Assembly (NCBI GenBank): GCA_900551615.1
Contig: URWN01000001.1
Coordinates: 73,767 to 137,766, forward strand
DNA: 64,000 bases
Origin: an uncultured Clostridium sp.
GTDB taxonomy: Bacteria > Bacillota > Clostridia > TANB77 > CAG-508
Direction: 5' to 3'
Shown here piece by piece: positions 43,909-52,493 of this stretch. Under the pieces are notes generated by a model. That model saw nothing but the letters and a program-made list of their open reading frames with translations, had not been told where the DNA came from and did not search any database. The position numbers and the translations under genes were made by a program. Each line of letters begins with the position of its first letter. Position 1 is the first letter of the stretch.

Positions 43909-45630
43909 ATGAAAAAAAGAAATATAATTATAATATTAGCAGTAATTGCAGTAATAGCAATATCAGCATGTATCATAGTAAACAAAATTCAAAAAGAAAA
44001 CAAAAAATATGAAATAGCACAAATAAACGAATACAAATATTTTGTAGTAAAAGAAAACGAAAAATATGGTGTAATAAATACAAATGGAGACATAATAATA
44101 GAGGCAAAATATGATGACATAAAAATTCCCAACCCAGAAAAGGCAGTATTCATATGTTATGAAAATAAAAAAACAAAAGTCTTAAATGAAAAAGGAGAAG
44201 AAATATTTACACAATATGAAGACATACAACCATTAAGACTAAAAAATGTAATAAGTGACTTAATGTATGAAAAAACAACACTAAAATATAGCAAAAATGG
44301 AAAATACGGAATTATAGATATAGAAGGAAAAAAGATAACAAATCCAATATATGAAGATATAGATACACTTCAATTTAAAGAAGGGGAACTACTAGTAAAA
44401 AAAGACGGAAAATATGGAGTAATCAACATAAAAGGAACAACAATAGTAAAAACGCAATATGATGGAATAGAAAGTGACAGATATTACGAAGAAGAAACAG
44501 GATACAAAAAATCAGGATACATAGTAAGCAAAACAACAGATGAAGGATATAGATATGGATATGTAAACATTGAAGGAAAGCAAATAATTGAAAACAAATA
44601 CAATGATTTATATAGAGTAACAGACATAAATAGCAAAAATGTTTATATAATATGTGCAGAAAATGGACAATATGGCTTAATGAAAGACGGAAAGCAAATT
44701 ATAAACAACGAATATCAATCATTAGTTTATAACGAAAGTAATGATACAATAACAGCATTAAAAGGAAAAAAATATGGAGTATTTTCAATTGATGGAAAAC
44801 AAATAGTTCCATTTGAATATAAACAAATAGACACAACAGGAGAATATATATATGCAACATCAAACGATGAAAACGTAAAAATATTTGACACAGATGGAAA
44901 AGAAGCAAACATAGACTCTAATCTAGCAATACTAGATGTAGAAAATACAGATTATAAAATTTATATTAACACAGCAGATGGAAAAACAATTTACACAATA
45001 TATAAAAATGGAAAAGCAATTACAAAAAATGAATACGTATATATAGAATACTTAAACAACAACTATTTCATAGCATGTAATTCAGAAGGAAAACTAGGGG
45101 TTATAGATGAAAATGAAAATACAAAAATAGCATTTAATTATAACTCAATACAAAAAATAGAAGGAACAGACCTAGTGCAAACAACACAAAATGATACAAA
45201 TACAATAGAAATATATTCAAAAGACTTATCTAAAATTACAGAATTAAAAAATGGAAATATTGAAAAACATACAGATTATATAAAATTATATAATAATGAT
45301 GAAATCAAATATGTATCAAAAGATGGAAAAGAAATTAAAAATATAGAATTATTTAAAGACAACAAAATATTTGCAAATAAATGGGGAGACAAATGGGGAT
45401 TTGTTGACAAGAATGGTAACAAAATAGTTGACTACAATTATGACAAAGTAACAGAAGTAAATAAATATGGTTTTGCAGGAATTGAGAAAGATGGACTTTG
45501 GGGAGTTGTAGACAGCAATGGAAAAATAATTGTAGAACCACAATATAAATTAAATGATATTGAACCAACATTTATTGGAGAATATTATCAAGTTACATAT
45601 GGAAATGGAGAAATCTATTATACAAAATAA
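43909..45630 (+). CDS. WG-repeat (KWG-type) protein with N-terminal membrane anchor
   Basis: 573 aa with more than 10 repeats of the form KYG(V/I)I(N/D)..G..I(I/V)....Y(D/E).I. Confidence 0.75.
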   Translation: MKKRNIIIILAVIAVIAISACIIVNKIQKENKKYEIAQINEYKYFVVKENEKYGVINTNGDIIIEAKYDDIKIPNPEKAVFICYENKKTKVLNEKGEEIFTQYEDIQPLRLKNVISDLMYEKTTLKYSKNGKYGIIDIEGKKITNPIYEDIDTLQFKEGELLVKKDGKYGVINIKGTTIVKTQYDGIESDRYYEEETGYKKSGYIVSKTTDEGYRYGYVNIEGKQIIENKYNDLYRVTDINSKNVYIICAENGQYGLMKDGKQIINNEYQSLVYNESNDTITALKGKKYGVFSIDGKQIVPFEYKQIDTTGEYIYATSNDENVKIFDTDGKEANIDSNLAILDVENTDYKIYINTADGKTIYTIYKNGKAITKNEYVYIEYLNNNYFIACNSEGKLGVIDENENTKIAFNYNSIQKIEGTDLVQTTQNDTNTIEIYSKDLSKITELKNGNIEKHTDYIKLYNNDEIKYVSKDGKEIKNIELFKDNKIFANKWGDKWGFVDKNGNKIVDYNYDKVTEVNKYGFAGIEKDGLWGVVDSNGKIIVEPQYKLNDIEPTFIGEYYQVTYGNGEIYYTK

Positions 45631-45677
45631 AGTAGATATAATAATACTAAAAAAGTAGATTATTATATCTACTTTTA
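45631..45677 (+). terminator. intrinsic terminator with 15-bp perfect stem AGTAGATATAATAAT / ATTATTATATCTACT
   Basis: Stem 45631-45645 / 45659-45673, followed by TTT. Confidence 0.7.
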
Positions 45678-45680
45678 TTA

Positions 45681-45747
45681 TATTTTAGAAATTGTTATAT
45701 TGTGTATTGAACTGAAAGTAATTTTAAATATCATTATATAGCAATAC
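45681..45747 (+). repeat. right-half copy (C) of the palindromic element, carrying the promoter-like module
   Basis: TATTTTAGAAATTGTTATATTGTGTATTGAAC...TATCAT aligns with the right halves of copies A and B. The left arm and left core are absent. Confidence 0.7.
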
Positions 45748-45854
45748 TAAAACAAAATATAATATATTGTAACCAAAAGAAGTTTAAAAGCATAGAAAAT
45801 AGTAAATAATAAAAACAGAATATAAAAGATAAAAACACAAAAAAGGAGGCCAAT

Positions 45855-46712
45855 ATGAAACTAGGATTAGCATTATCAGGAGGAGGAATAAGAGGAATAG
45901 CACATGCAGGAGTTCTAAAAGCATTAGAAGAAAATAACATAAAAATAGATGCAATAGGTGGTACAAGTTCAGGAAGCATAATAGCAACACTATATGCTAT
46001 GGGATATTCACCATATTATATTTATATATTATTCAAAAAATATGCAAAAGACCTAGTAAACCAAAATTCTATATCAAAAGTAACAAGCATAGGAAATTTT
46101 ATGGCAAACAAAAAAGGAAACTTTCAAGGATTTTATACAGGTGAAGAAATAGAAAGTGGATTCAATAATATAGCATTAAGAAAAGGAGTAAAAAAAATAT
46201 CAGACATCAAAATGCCAATAGTTATTCCAACAGTAGACGTACAAGATTCTAAAAAATACATTATAACAAATAAAATACCAGAAAAATCAAGCCCAAATAC
46301 AGAATATATAAACAATATAGACATAGGAAAAGCGATAAGAGCAAGTAGTAGTTTTCCAGTAGTATTCAGTCCATGTGAATATAATAAACATAGGTTTTTA
46401 GATGGTGGAATACTTGATAATTTTCCAACAACAGAAGTGAAAAAACAAGGAGTAGATAAAACAATAACAGTTAATTTTAAAGCTGATGATATAGACGAAA
46501 ATAGCAATATAATGGACATTGTAATGAGAACAATAGATATTATGGGAAATAAAATATCAGAAGAAAATATTAGTAATAGTGATATGGTTTTGACTATTAA
46601 AACTGATAAAACCGGATTACTAGAAACCGAAAAGCTAGATGAATGCTATAAATATGGTTACAGACAAACAATAGAACAAATAGATAAAATAAAAGAGATA
46701 ATCAAAGGTTAA
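45855..46712 (+). CDS. patatin-like phospholipase
   Basis: SGGGIRG, GTSSGS nucleophile elbow, DGG. Confidence 0.85.
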   Translation: MKLGLALSGGGIRGIAHAGVLKALEENNIKIDAIGGTSSGSIIATLYAMGYSPYYIYILFKKYAKDLVNQNSISKVTSIGNFMANKKGNFQGFYTGEEIESGFNNIALRKGVKKISDIKMPIVIPTVDVQDSKKYIITNKIPEKSSPNTEYINNIDIGKAIRASSSFPVVFSPCEYNKHRFLDGGILDNFPTTEVKKQGVDKTITVNFKADDIDENSNIMDIVMRTIDIMGNKISEENISNSDMVLTIKTDKTGLLETEKLDECYKYGYRQTIEQIDKIKEIIKG

Positions 46713-46787
46713 TAAACACAAAAGTTTTATTCAAGAATATAATATAAAAAGATTATTGTTTTAATATAAAACAGAAAAGAGGATTTT

Positions 46788-47945
46788 ATGGAAGTTAGAT
46801 ATTTTGATAACAGTGCAACAACAAGAATAAAAGAAGAGGTCCTAACAGAAATGTTTCCATTTTTAAGCAGAGAATATGGGAATCCATCATCACTATATAG
46901 CATAGGAAGAAAATCCAAAAGAGCAATAGAAGAAGCAAGAAAAAGAGTAGCATCATTAATAAACTGTAATTCAGAAGAAATATATTTCACAAGCTGTGGA
47001 TCTGAGAGTGACAATACTGCATTAAAAGGAATAGCATATGCAAACTCAAATAAGGGAAAGCACATCATAACATCAAAAATAGAACATCCAGCAATATTAC
47101 ATAGTTGCCAAAACTTAGAGAAAAAAGGCTTTGAAGTAACATATTTAGATGTAGATAAAGACGGATTTGTAAATTTACAAACATTAGAAAATTCTATAAG
47201 ACAAGACACAATTTTGATAAGCGTAATGTTTGCAAATAACGAAATAGGAACAATAGAACCAATACAAGAAATAGCAAAAATAGCGCACAAAAATGGAATA
47301 ATATTTCACACAGATGCAGTTCAGGCATGTGGAAATATTCCAATAGATGTTCAAAAAATGGATATAGATATGTTATCACTATCAGGCCATAAAATATATG
47401 CACCAAAGGGAATAGGGGCACTATATGTAAAAAAAGGAATAGAATTTGAAAGATTTATGGATGGAGGACATCAAGAAAAAAACAAAAGATCTGGAACAGA
47501 AAATGTTGCAGAAATAGTTGCATTAGGTAAAGCCTGCCAAATTGCAGAAAAAAATATGGAACAATATCAAAATAAATTAAAGCTATTAAGAGATTATTGC
47601 CTAGAAAAAATGAAAAAAAGTTTTTCCAACATCCATATAAATGGAACAATGGAAAAACGATTACCAGGAAATATTAATATAAGTTTTGAGGGTCAAGATG
47701 CAACAGAACTATTATATAAGCTAGATGAGATGGGCATTTGTGCATCAGGCGGTTCAGCTTGTTCATCAGGAGATAATAGCCCATCACATGTTCTAACAGC
47801 AATTGGTTTACCAAGTGAATTAGCAAAAGGTGCAATCCGTTTTACATTTGGAGATTTTAACACAAAAGATGATGTAGATTATTTAATTGAAGCAATTGCA
47901 CACTTAATACCATCAACAGCCGCAGACATAATACCACCAGCGTAA
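46788..47945 (+). CDS. nifS: cysteine desulfurase (NifS/IscS class V aminotransferase)
   Basis: PLP lysine in SLSGHKIYAPKG, catalytic Cys in SGGSACSSG. The last 67 nt overlap the convergent gene. Confidence 0.9.
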   Translation: MEVRYFDNSATTRIKEEVLTEMFPFLSREYGNPSSLYSIGRKSKRAIEEARKRVASLINCNSEEIYFTSCGSESDNTALKGIAYANSNKGKHIITSKIEHPAILHSCQNLEKKGFEVTYLDVDKDGFVNLQTLENSIRQDTILISVMFANNEIGTIEPIQEIAKIAHKNGIIFHTDAVQACGNIPIDVQKMDIDMLSLSGHKIYAPKGIGALYVKKGIEFERFMDGGHQEKNKRSGTENVAEIVALGKACQIAEKNMEQYQNKLKLLRDYCLEKMKKSFSNIHINGTMEKRLPGNINISFEGQDATELLYKLDEMGICASGGSACSSGDNSPSHVLTAIGLPSELAKGAIRFTFGDFNTKDDVDYLIEAIAHLIPSTAADIIPPA

Positions 47946-49459
47946 CCTGCACCTTCACCACAAGGATAAATTCCACGGATATTAGAAACCAAATTTCCAT
48001 CCCTTAAAATTCGTACAGGAGAGGAACTACGAGTTTCCATACCAGTTAAAATACTATCAGGATTTGCAAAACCATGTAATCTATTATCAAAAAACTTAAT
48101 ACCATCCTTCAAAGTTTCTGAAACAAATGAAGGCATAATATCATTCAAATTTGTTAAAGTAACACCAGGTTTATAAGATGGCTCAACAGTACCTATAAAG
48201 GTACTTTTTATATTTTTATCAAAATCTTCAAACCTTTGTGCAGGGGCAAAATAATTTGAACCACCAAGGATAAAAGCCTTTTCTTCTAAAGCTTTTTGAA
48301 AATCAACACCAGACAAAGGATTTTTAGCGTCACTAAAATCTTCTGGTGTAACATTAACTAAAACAGCAGAATTTGCATTTTTTCCATTACGTGCAAAATA
48401 GCTCATTCCATTTGTTACAATAGTATTTTCTTCACTTGAAGAAGGCATAACAGTTCCACCAGGACACATACAAAATGTGTAACAAGAACGCCCAGAAGGA
48501 GCATGATATGCAAGTTTGTAATCTGCAGCAGGTAATTTTAATTTTGTCAAAGTACCATATTGAGCTTTATTTATTTCACTTTGTAAATGTTCAATTCTAA
48601 CACCAACTGAGAAGTTTTTTGGCTCTAATAAAAGCCCCTTTTCATAAACTCTTTTAAAAGTATCTCTTGAACTATGCCCAATAGCAAGAATAAGAACATT
48701 TGCATCAATTTTTTCTGTAGAATTAGTATCTAAATGATGAACAATAACTTTTGAAACTGAATTATTAGTAGTTTCTAAATCTATAAATTTTGTATTAAAC
48801 AAAAAAGTTCCACCATTTTTAATAATATAATTTCTCATATTTCTAATAATATTTATCAAATTATCAGTCCCAATATGTGGTTTAGTTAAATATAAAATTT
48901 GTTTAGGTGCACCAAATTTTACAAATTCATCTAAAACAGTTTTACAATATGGAGAATTTATTCCAGATGTAAGCTTTCCGTCAGAAAAAGTACCAGCACC
49001 ACCTTCACCAAACTGCACATTAGAATTTGTATTTAAAATTCCAGTACTAATAAAATTATCAACAGACTTTTTACGCTCTTCAACTTTCTCTCCCTGTTCT
49101 ATAACAATTGGTTTGTAACCATATTTAATAAAAGTTAAAGCAGAAAACAAACCACTTGGACCAGCCCCAACAATTACAGGTCTAATAGATTTACTTAAGT
49201 TTATTTGAATTTGTGGTTGTTCTAATTTTTCTATTAAAGAGATATCCTTGTTTTTTAATAGTTTTTCTTCAGATTTAACACAAATATCAATACAATATGA
49301 ATAGTGTACATCCTCTTTTTTTCTTGCATCTATTGATTTTTTTGATATATGCCATTCTGTAATATCATTTTTTGAAATTTTATATTTTTTAATAATAGTT
49401 TGTAAAACTTCTTCATCAGTTATATCTTTATAAATTTTTATATTACTTATTCTTAGCAT
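47879..49459 (-). CDS. FAD-dependent oxidoreductase (COG2509-like, FAD_binding plus C-terminal domain)
   Basis: VIVGAGPSGLFSAL dinucleotide-binding motif, CGEGAGYAGGI near the C-terminus. Start at the Met after AAAGGA (MLRISNIKIY...). Confidence 0.85.
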   Translation of the reverse strand: MLRISNIKIYKDITDEEVLQTIIKKYKISKNDITEWHISKKSIDARKKEDVHYSYCIDICVKSEEKLLKNKDISLIEKLEQPQIQINLSKSIRPVIVGAGPSGLFSALTFIKYGYKPIVIEQGEKVEERKKSVDNFISTGILNTNSNVQFGEGGAGTFSDGKLTSGINSPYCKTVLDEFVKFGAPKQILYLTKPHIGTDNLINIIRNMRNYIIKNGGTFLFNTKFIDLETTNNSVSKVIVHHLDTNSTEKIDANVLILAIGHSSRDTFKRVYEKGLLLEPKNFSVGVRIEHLQSEINKAQYGTLTKLKLPAADYKLAYHAPSGRSCYTFCMCPGGTVMPSSSEENTIVTNGMSYFARNGKNANSAVLVNVTPEDFSDAKNPLSGVDFQKALEEKAFILGGSNYFAPAQRFEDFDKNIKSTFIGTVEPSYKPGVTLTNLNDIMPSFVSETLKDGIKFFDNRLHGFANPDSILTGMETRSSSPVRILRDGNLVSNIRGIYPCGEGAGYAGGIMSAAVDGIKCAIASIK

Positions 49460-49614
49460 TTTTCTATCCTTTCTTAAATTAGTGAAAAGAAATGCATAAA
49501 CATACAAATTAATAGTGTAAAATATATATGCATTTTTAATGTGTATTTATTATATAATTTTATTTTAATAAAGTAAAGCTGGTGTATCAATATGATGCAC
49601 CAGCTAAACAAAAA

Positions 49615-49929
49615 CTAGAATTCTGCAACAGCCTTTCCTTTTGAATCATAGACATAGCATTTACCTAAATAGAAACGCATCTCAAATCCTTTAGGAATGG
49701 AAGCAGACATGCCAGTTTTTAATGCAACCTTGTCTAAAAGGTTAGAATTGTCAGATAATGATGAAATACGCAGTACACCATTTATTGCAACTGTATCCCG
49801 AGTTTTGTTGGCGAGTTGTTTTTCAAAATCATCTAATCCCTGAACAAAATTATTATGTGCATTTTGTTCAATTTCGTTAGACCACCAATTGGCAGCCTTT
49901 TGACTGAGTATTTCTGTTTTAGTCTCCAT
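49615..49929 (-). CDS. hypothetical 104-aa protein, higher GC than surroundings
   Basis: GGGAGGA SD. No motif recognised. Followed by hairpin AGCTGGTG / CACCAGCT at 49577-49605. Confidence 0.5.
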   Translation of the reverse strand: METKTEILSQKAANWWSNEIEQNAHNNFVQGLDDFEKQLANKTRDTVAINGVLRISSLSDNSNLLDKVALKTGMSASIPKGFEMRFYLGKCYVYDSKGKAVAEF

Positions 49930-50072
49930 AAGATGTCCTCCCTTAAATATACAACAGTTTTTATAAAAATATTATAGCATAAATTTATCAAAAAATCAAC
50001 ATTATGTAAAACTCAACTGTAATATAACAGGAAATCTAAACGACTTTGACAAGAAATACATTATGCGGAAAA

Positions 50073-50101
50073 TTCTTCATAACTTGGCAAGTTATGAAGA
50101 A
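50073..50101. promoter_or_regulatory. perfect 13-3-13 palindrome TTCTTCATAACTT-GGC-AAGTTATGAAGAA
   Basis: 50073-50085 is the exact reverse complement of 50089-50101. It lies in a divergent intergenic region with no adjacent gene end. Confidence 0.45.
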
Positions 50102-50232
50102 GAAAATATATAGAATATAATAAAGTATATCAATTTTAAATATAATAAAATAGGAATAAATCGTACATTAATATTGTAAAATGTTGTATAAAAGAATAAG
50201 GTAAATTTCAAATTTTTAAAGCAAAAATCACA

Positions 50233-50290
50233 AATTACCGAAAAATAAAACTATAAATTACCGAAAAAATGCAACATAAATTACCGAAAA
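50233..50290 (+). repeat. three direct repeats AAATTACCGAAAA spaced 22 and 23 nt apart
   Basis: Copies start at 50233, 50255 and 50278. The last ends 4 nt before the -35 element. Confidence 0.8.
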
Positions 50291-50293
50291 TTC

Positions 50294-50322
50294 TTGAAAA
50301 ATAATAGTATAAATGCTATAAT
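50294..50322 (+). promoter_or_regulatory. SigA promoter TTGAAA-17-TATAAT for the ATPase gene
   Basis: TTGAAA at 50294-50299 and TATAAT at 50317-50322. Confidence 0.65.
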
Positions 50323-50354
50323 ATAGTAAATAACTAAGTATGGGGGTTATTATA

Positions 50355-51629
50355 ATGGAAAATTATAAACAAAGAATAGCAGACAAAATATTAGATAAAA
50401 AACTAAAAGGAAAAGGAGCAGTACTAATACAAGGTCCAAAGTGGTGTGGAAAAACAACAACGGCAGAACAAATATCCAATAGTATATTATACATGTCACA
50501 GCCAGAAGACAAAAATCAAAATTTAACATTAGTAGATATAAATCCAAGCTTACTATTAAAAGGAGAAACACCAAGACTAATAGACGAGTGGCAAATTGCA
50601 CCTAAATTATGGGATGCTATAAGGTTTGAAGTAGACCATAGAAGAAAAGAAGGACAATTTATATTAACTGGTTCAGCAGTACCAGCAAATATGAAAGAGG
50701 TGACACACACAGGAACAGGGAGGTTTGCATGGGTAGTAATGAGACCAATGAGCTTATATGAATCAGGGGAATCAAACGGAAATATAAGTTTGGAAAAAAT
50801 ATTTGATTCACCTAATAAAATAGAGGGAAGTAACGAACTGGAATTAGAAGATATTGCATATTTATGCTGTAGAGGTGGATGGCCAAGAAGTACATTTATG
50901 GAAAAAGAAATAGCATTAGAACAAGCATTTGATTATTATGATGCAATTGTTCAATCAGATATTTCAAAAGTTGATAACATAAACAGAAATCCAGAAAGAG
51001 TAAAAAAGCTAATGAGGACATATGCAAGAAACATGGGAACACAAGCATCAACAGAAACTCTAAAAAGTGATATGATTGCAAATGATGCATTTTCATTAGA
51101 TACAGATACAGTATATTCATATATACATGCATTAAAAGAAATTTTTGTAATAGAAGAAGCACCAGCATGGAATCCAAATTTAAGAAGTAAAACAGCAATA
51201 AGAACATCAGACACAAGATATTTTATAGACCCATCAATAGCGATAGCAGCATTAGGATTAGGACCAAATGATTTGATAAATGATTTAAAGACATTTGGAT
51301 TAGTATTTGAAACATTATGTATTAGAGATTTGAGAGTATATGCGGAAAGCATAAATGGAAATGTATATCATTACAGGGATTCAAGTGGATTAGAATGTGA
51401 TGCTGTTATACATTTAAGAAATGGCAATTATGGCTTAATAGAAATAAAATTAGGTGGAGACAATTTAATAAATGAGGGAGCAGAAAATTTAAAAAAGATG
51501 GCCTCAAAAATAGACACAACAAAAATGAAAAATCCATCATTTTTAATGGTACTAACTGCAACAGGAAAATACTCATATAAAAGAGAAGATGGAGTCTATA
51601 TAGTGCCAATAGGATGTTTAAAAGATTAA
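50355..51629 (+). CDS. AAA-family ATPase of the AAA_14/DUF4143 type
   Basis: Walker A GPKWCGKTT. Overall layout resembles the widespread ATPase+DUF4143 proteins. Start at ATG 50355 after GGGGG. Confidence 0.75.
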   Translation: MENYKQRIADKILDKKLKGKGAVLIQGPKWCGKTTTAEQISNSILYMSQPEDKNQNLTLVDINPSLLLKGETPRLIDEWQIAPKLWDAIRFEVDHRRKEGQFILTGSAVPANMKEVTHTGTGRFAWVVMRPMSLYESGESNGNISLEKIFDSPNKIEGSNELELEDIAYLCCRGGWPRSTFMEKEIALEQAFDYYDAIVQSDISKVDNINRNPERVKKLMRTYARNMGTQASTETLKSDMIANDAFSLDTDTVYSYIHALKEIFVIEEAPAWNPNLRSKTAIRTSDTRYFIDPSIAIAALGLGPNDLINDLKTFGLVFETLCIRDLRVYAESINGNVYHYRDSSGLECDAVIHLRNGNYGLIEIKLGGDNLINEGAENLKKMASKIDTTKMKNPSFLMVLTATGKYSYKREDGVYIVPIGCLKD

Positions 51630-51716
51630 TATAAAGGATAAAATAAAAACAATGTTCTAATACAACCCTCACACGAATACAATTAAACAAAAGTATTCGT
51701 ATGGGGGTTTGACTAT

Positions 51717-51977
51717 ATGAAAAGTATATCAATAGACGAACGTGCAATAGAACTTGCACAATATATAATAGATTCAAAAGATACAGTAAGAGGAGCAGCC
51801 AAAAAATTTGGAATAAGCAAAAGTACAGTACACAAAGATGTATCTGAACGACTTAAAAAAATAAATCCAAGTTTAGCAGTGCAAGTAAGAATAATTTTAG
51901 ATGAAAATAAAGCAGAAAGACACATAAGAGGAGGAATGGCAACAAAATTAAAATATAGCCATTTAAAAGAATCATAA
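51717..51977 (+). CDS. spoIIID: sporulation transcriptional regulator SpoIIID
   Basis: 86 aa. AKKFGISKSTVHKDVSERL HTH and RHIRGGMATKLKY match B. subtilis SpoIIID closely. Confidence 0.9.
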   Translation: MKSISIDERAIELAQYIIDSKDTVRGAAKKFGISKSTVHKDVSERLKKINPSLAVQVRIILDENKAERHIRGGMATKLKYSHLKES

Positions 51978-51982
51978 AACTA

Positions 51983-52021
51983 AAAAATGTTGGAATAATC
52001 AAATTAACTCCAACATTTTTT
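51983..52021. terminator. bidirectional terminator AAAAATGTTGGA-loop-TCCAACATTTTT
   Basis: 12-bp stem 51983-51994 / 52009-52020 between convergent spoIIID and veg. Confidence 0.8.
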
Positions 52022-52038
52022 ACAAAATACTTATAATA

Positions 52039-52341
52039 TTATAACAAAACCTCAGCTTTTTTTCTTTTTGTTTCAACTTGTGGAGGAATTAAAGGACTAT
52101 AAGCCTCACCATCATACACATCAACTTCAACAGTTCTAGTTAAAACATCAGTATAACTATAAGTTACATTTCTATTATTTTCCTCATACCTAACAACAAA
52201 AATATTAGGATATGCTTTTTCTATTGTTGCTTCTTTTTCAAAAGTCCTACTTCTACCAAGAGAACCTTTTACAATTATCTTTTGACCCACTTTCTCTAAG
52301 ATGTCAGTTTTTAGATTTGATATATCTGTTTTACAAATCAT
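52039..52341 (-). CDS. veg: Veg family protein
   Basis: GQKIIVKGSLGRSRTFEKEATIEKAYPNIFVV......VTYSYTDVLTRTVEV matches the Veg pattern. yabG neighbourhood as in Bacillus. Confidence 0.85.
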   Translation of the reverse strand: MICKTDISNLKTDILEKVGQKIIVKGSLGRSRTFEKEATIEKAYPNIFVVRYEENNRNVTYSYTDVLTRTVEVDVYDGEAYSPLIPPQVETKRKKAEVLL

Positions 52342-52369
52342 GCTATCACCTACTCCCTTAAGATGACTC

Positions 52370-52398
52370 GATTATAGCATTTTCTGCAAAAATTGTCA
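52370..52398 (-). promoter_or_regulatory. perfect consensus promoter TTGACA-17-TATAAT for veg
   Basis: Reverse complement of 52393-52398 is TTGACA and of 52370-52375 is TATAAT. Confidence 0.75.
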
Positions 52399-52493
52399 AA
52401 AAATATATGTTCGTACCAAATACTGATTTTTGCCTATATATAAACAAATATTAGACATATAAAACACAATATTACATTTAGATTACATTTATG

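Noticed and set aside
51640-51716. SigE-type promoter (GAATACAAT as the -10) and an ACGAATAC / GTATTCGT hairpin upstream of spoIIID
   Set aside because: The -10 resemblance to CATACA-T is partial and I could not find a convincing -35. It is plausible biologically, but not supportable from sequence alone.
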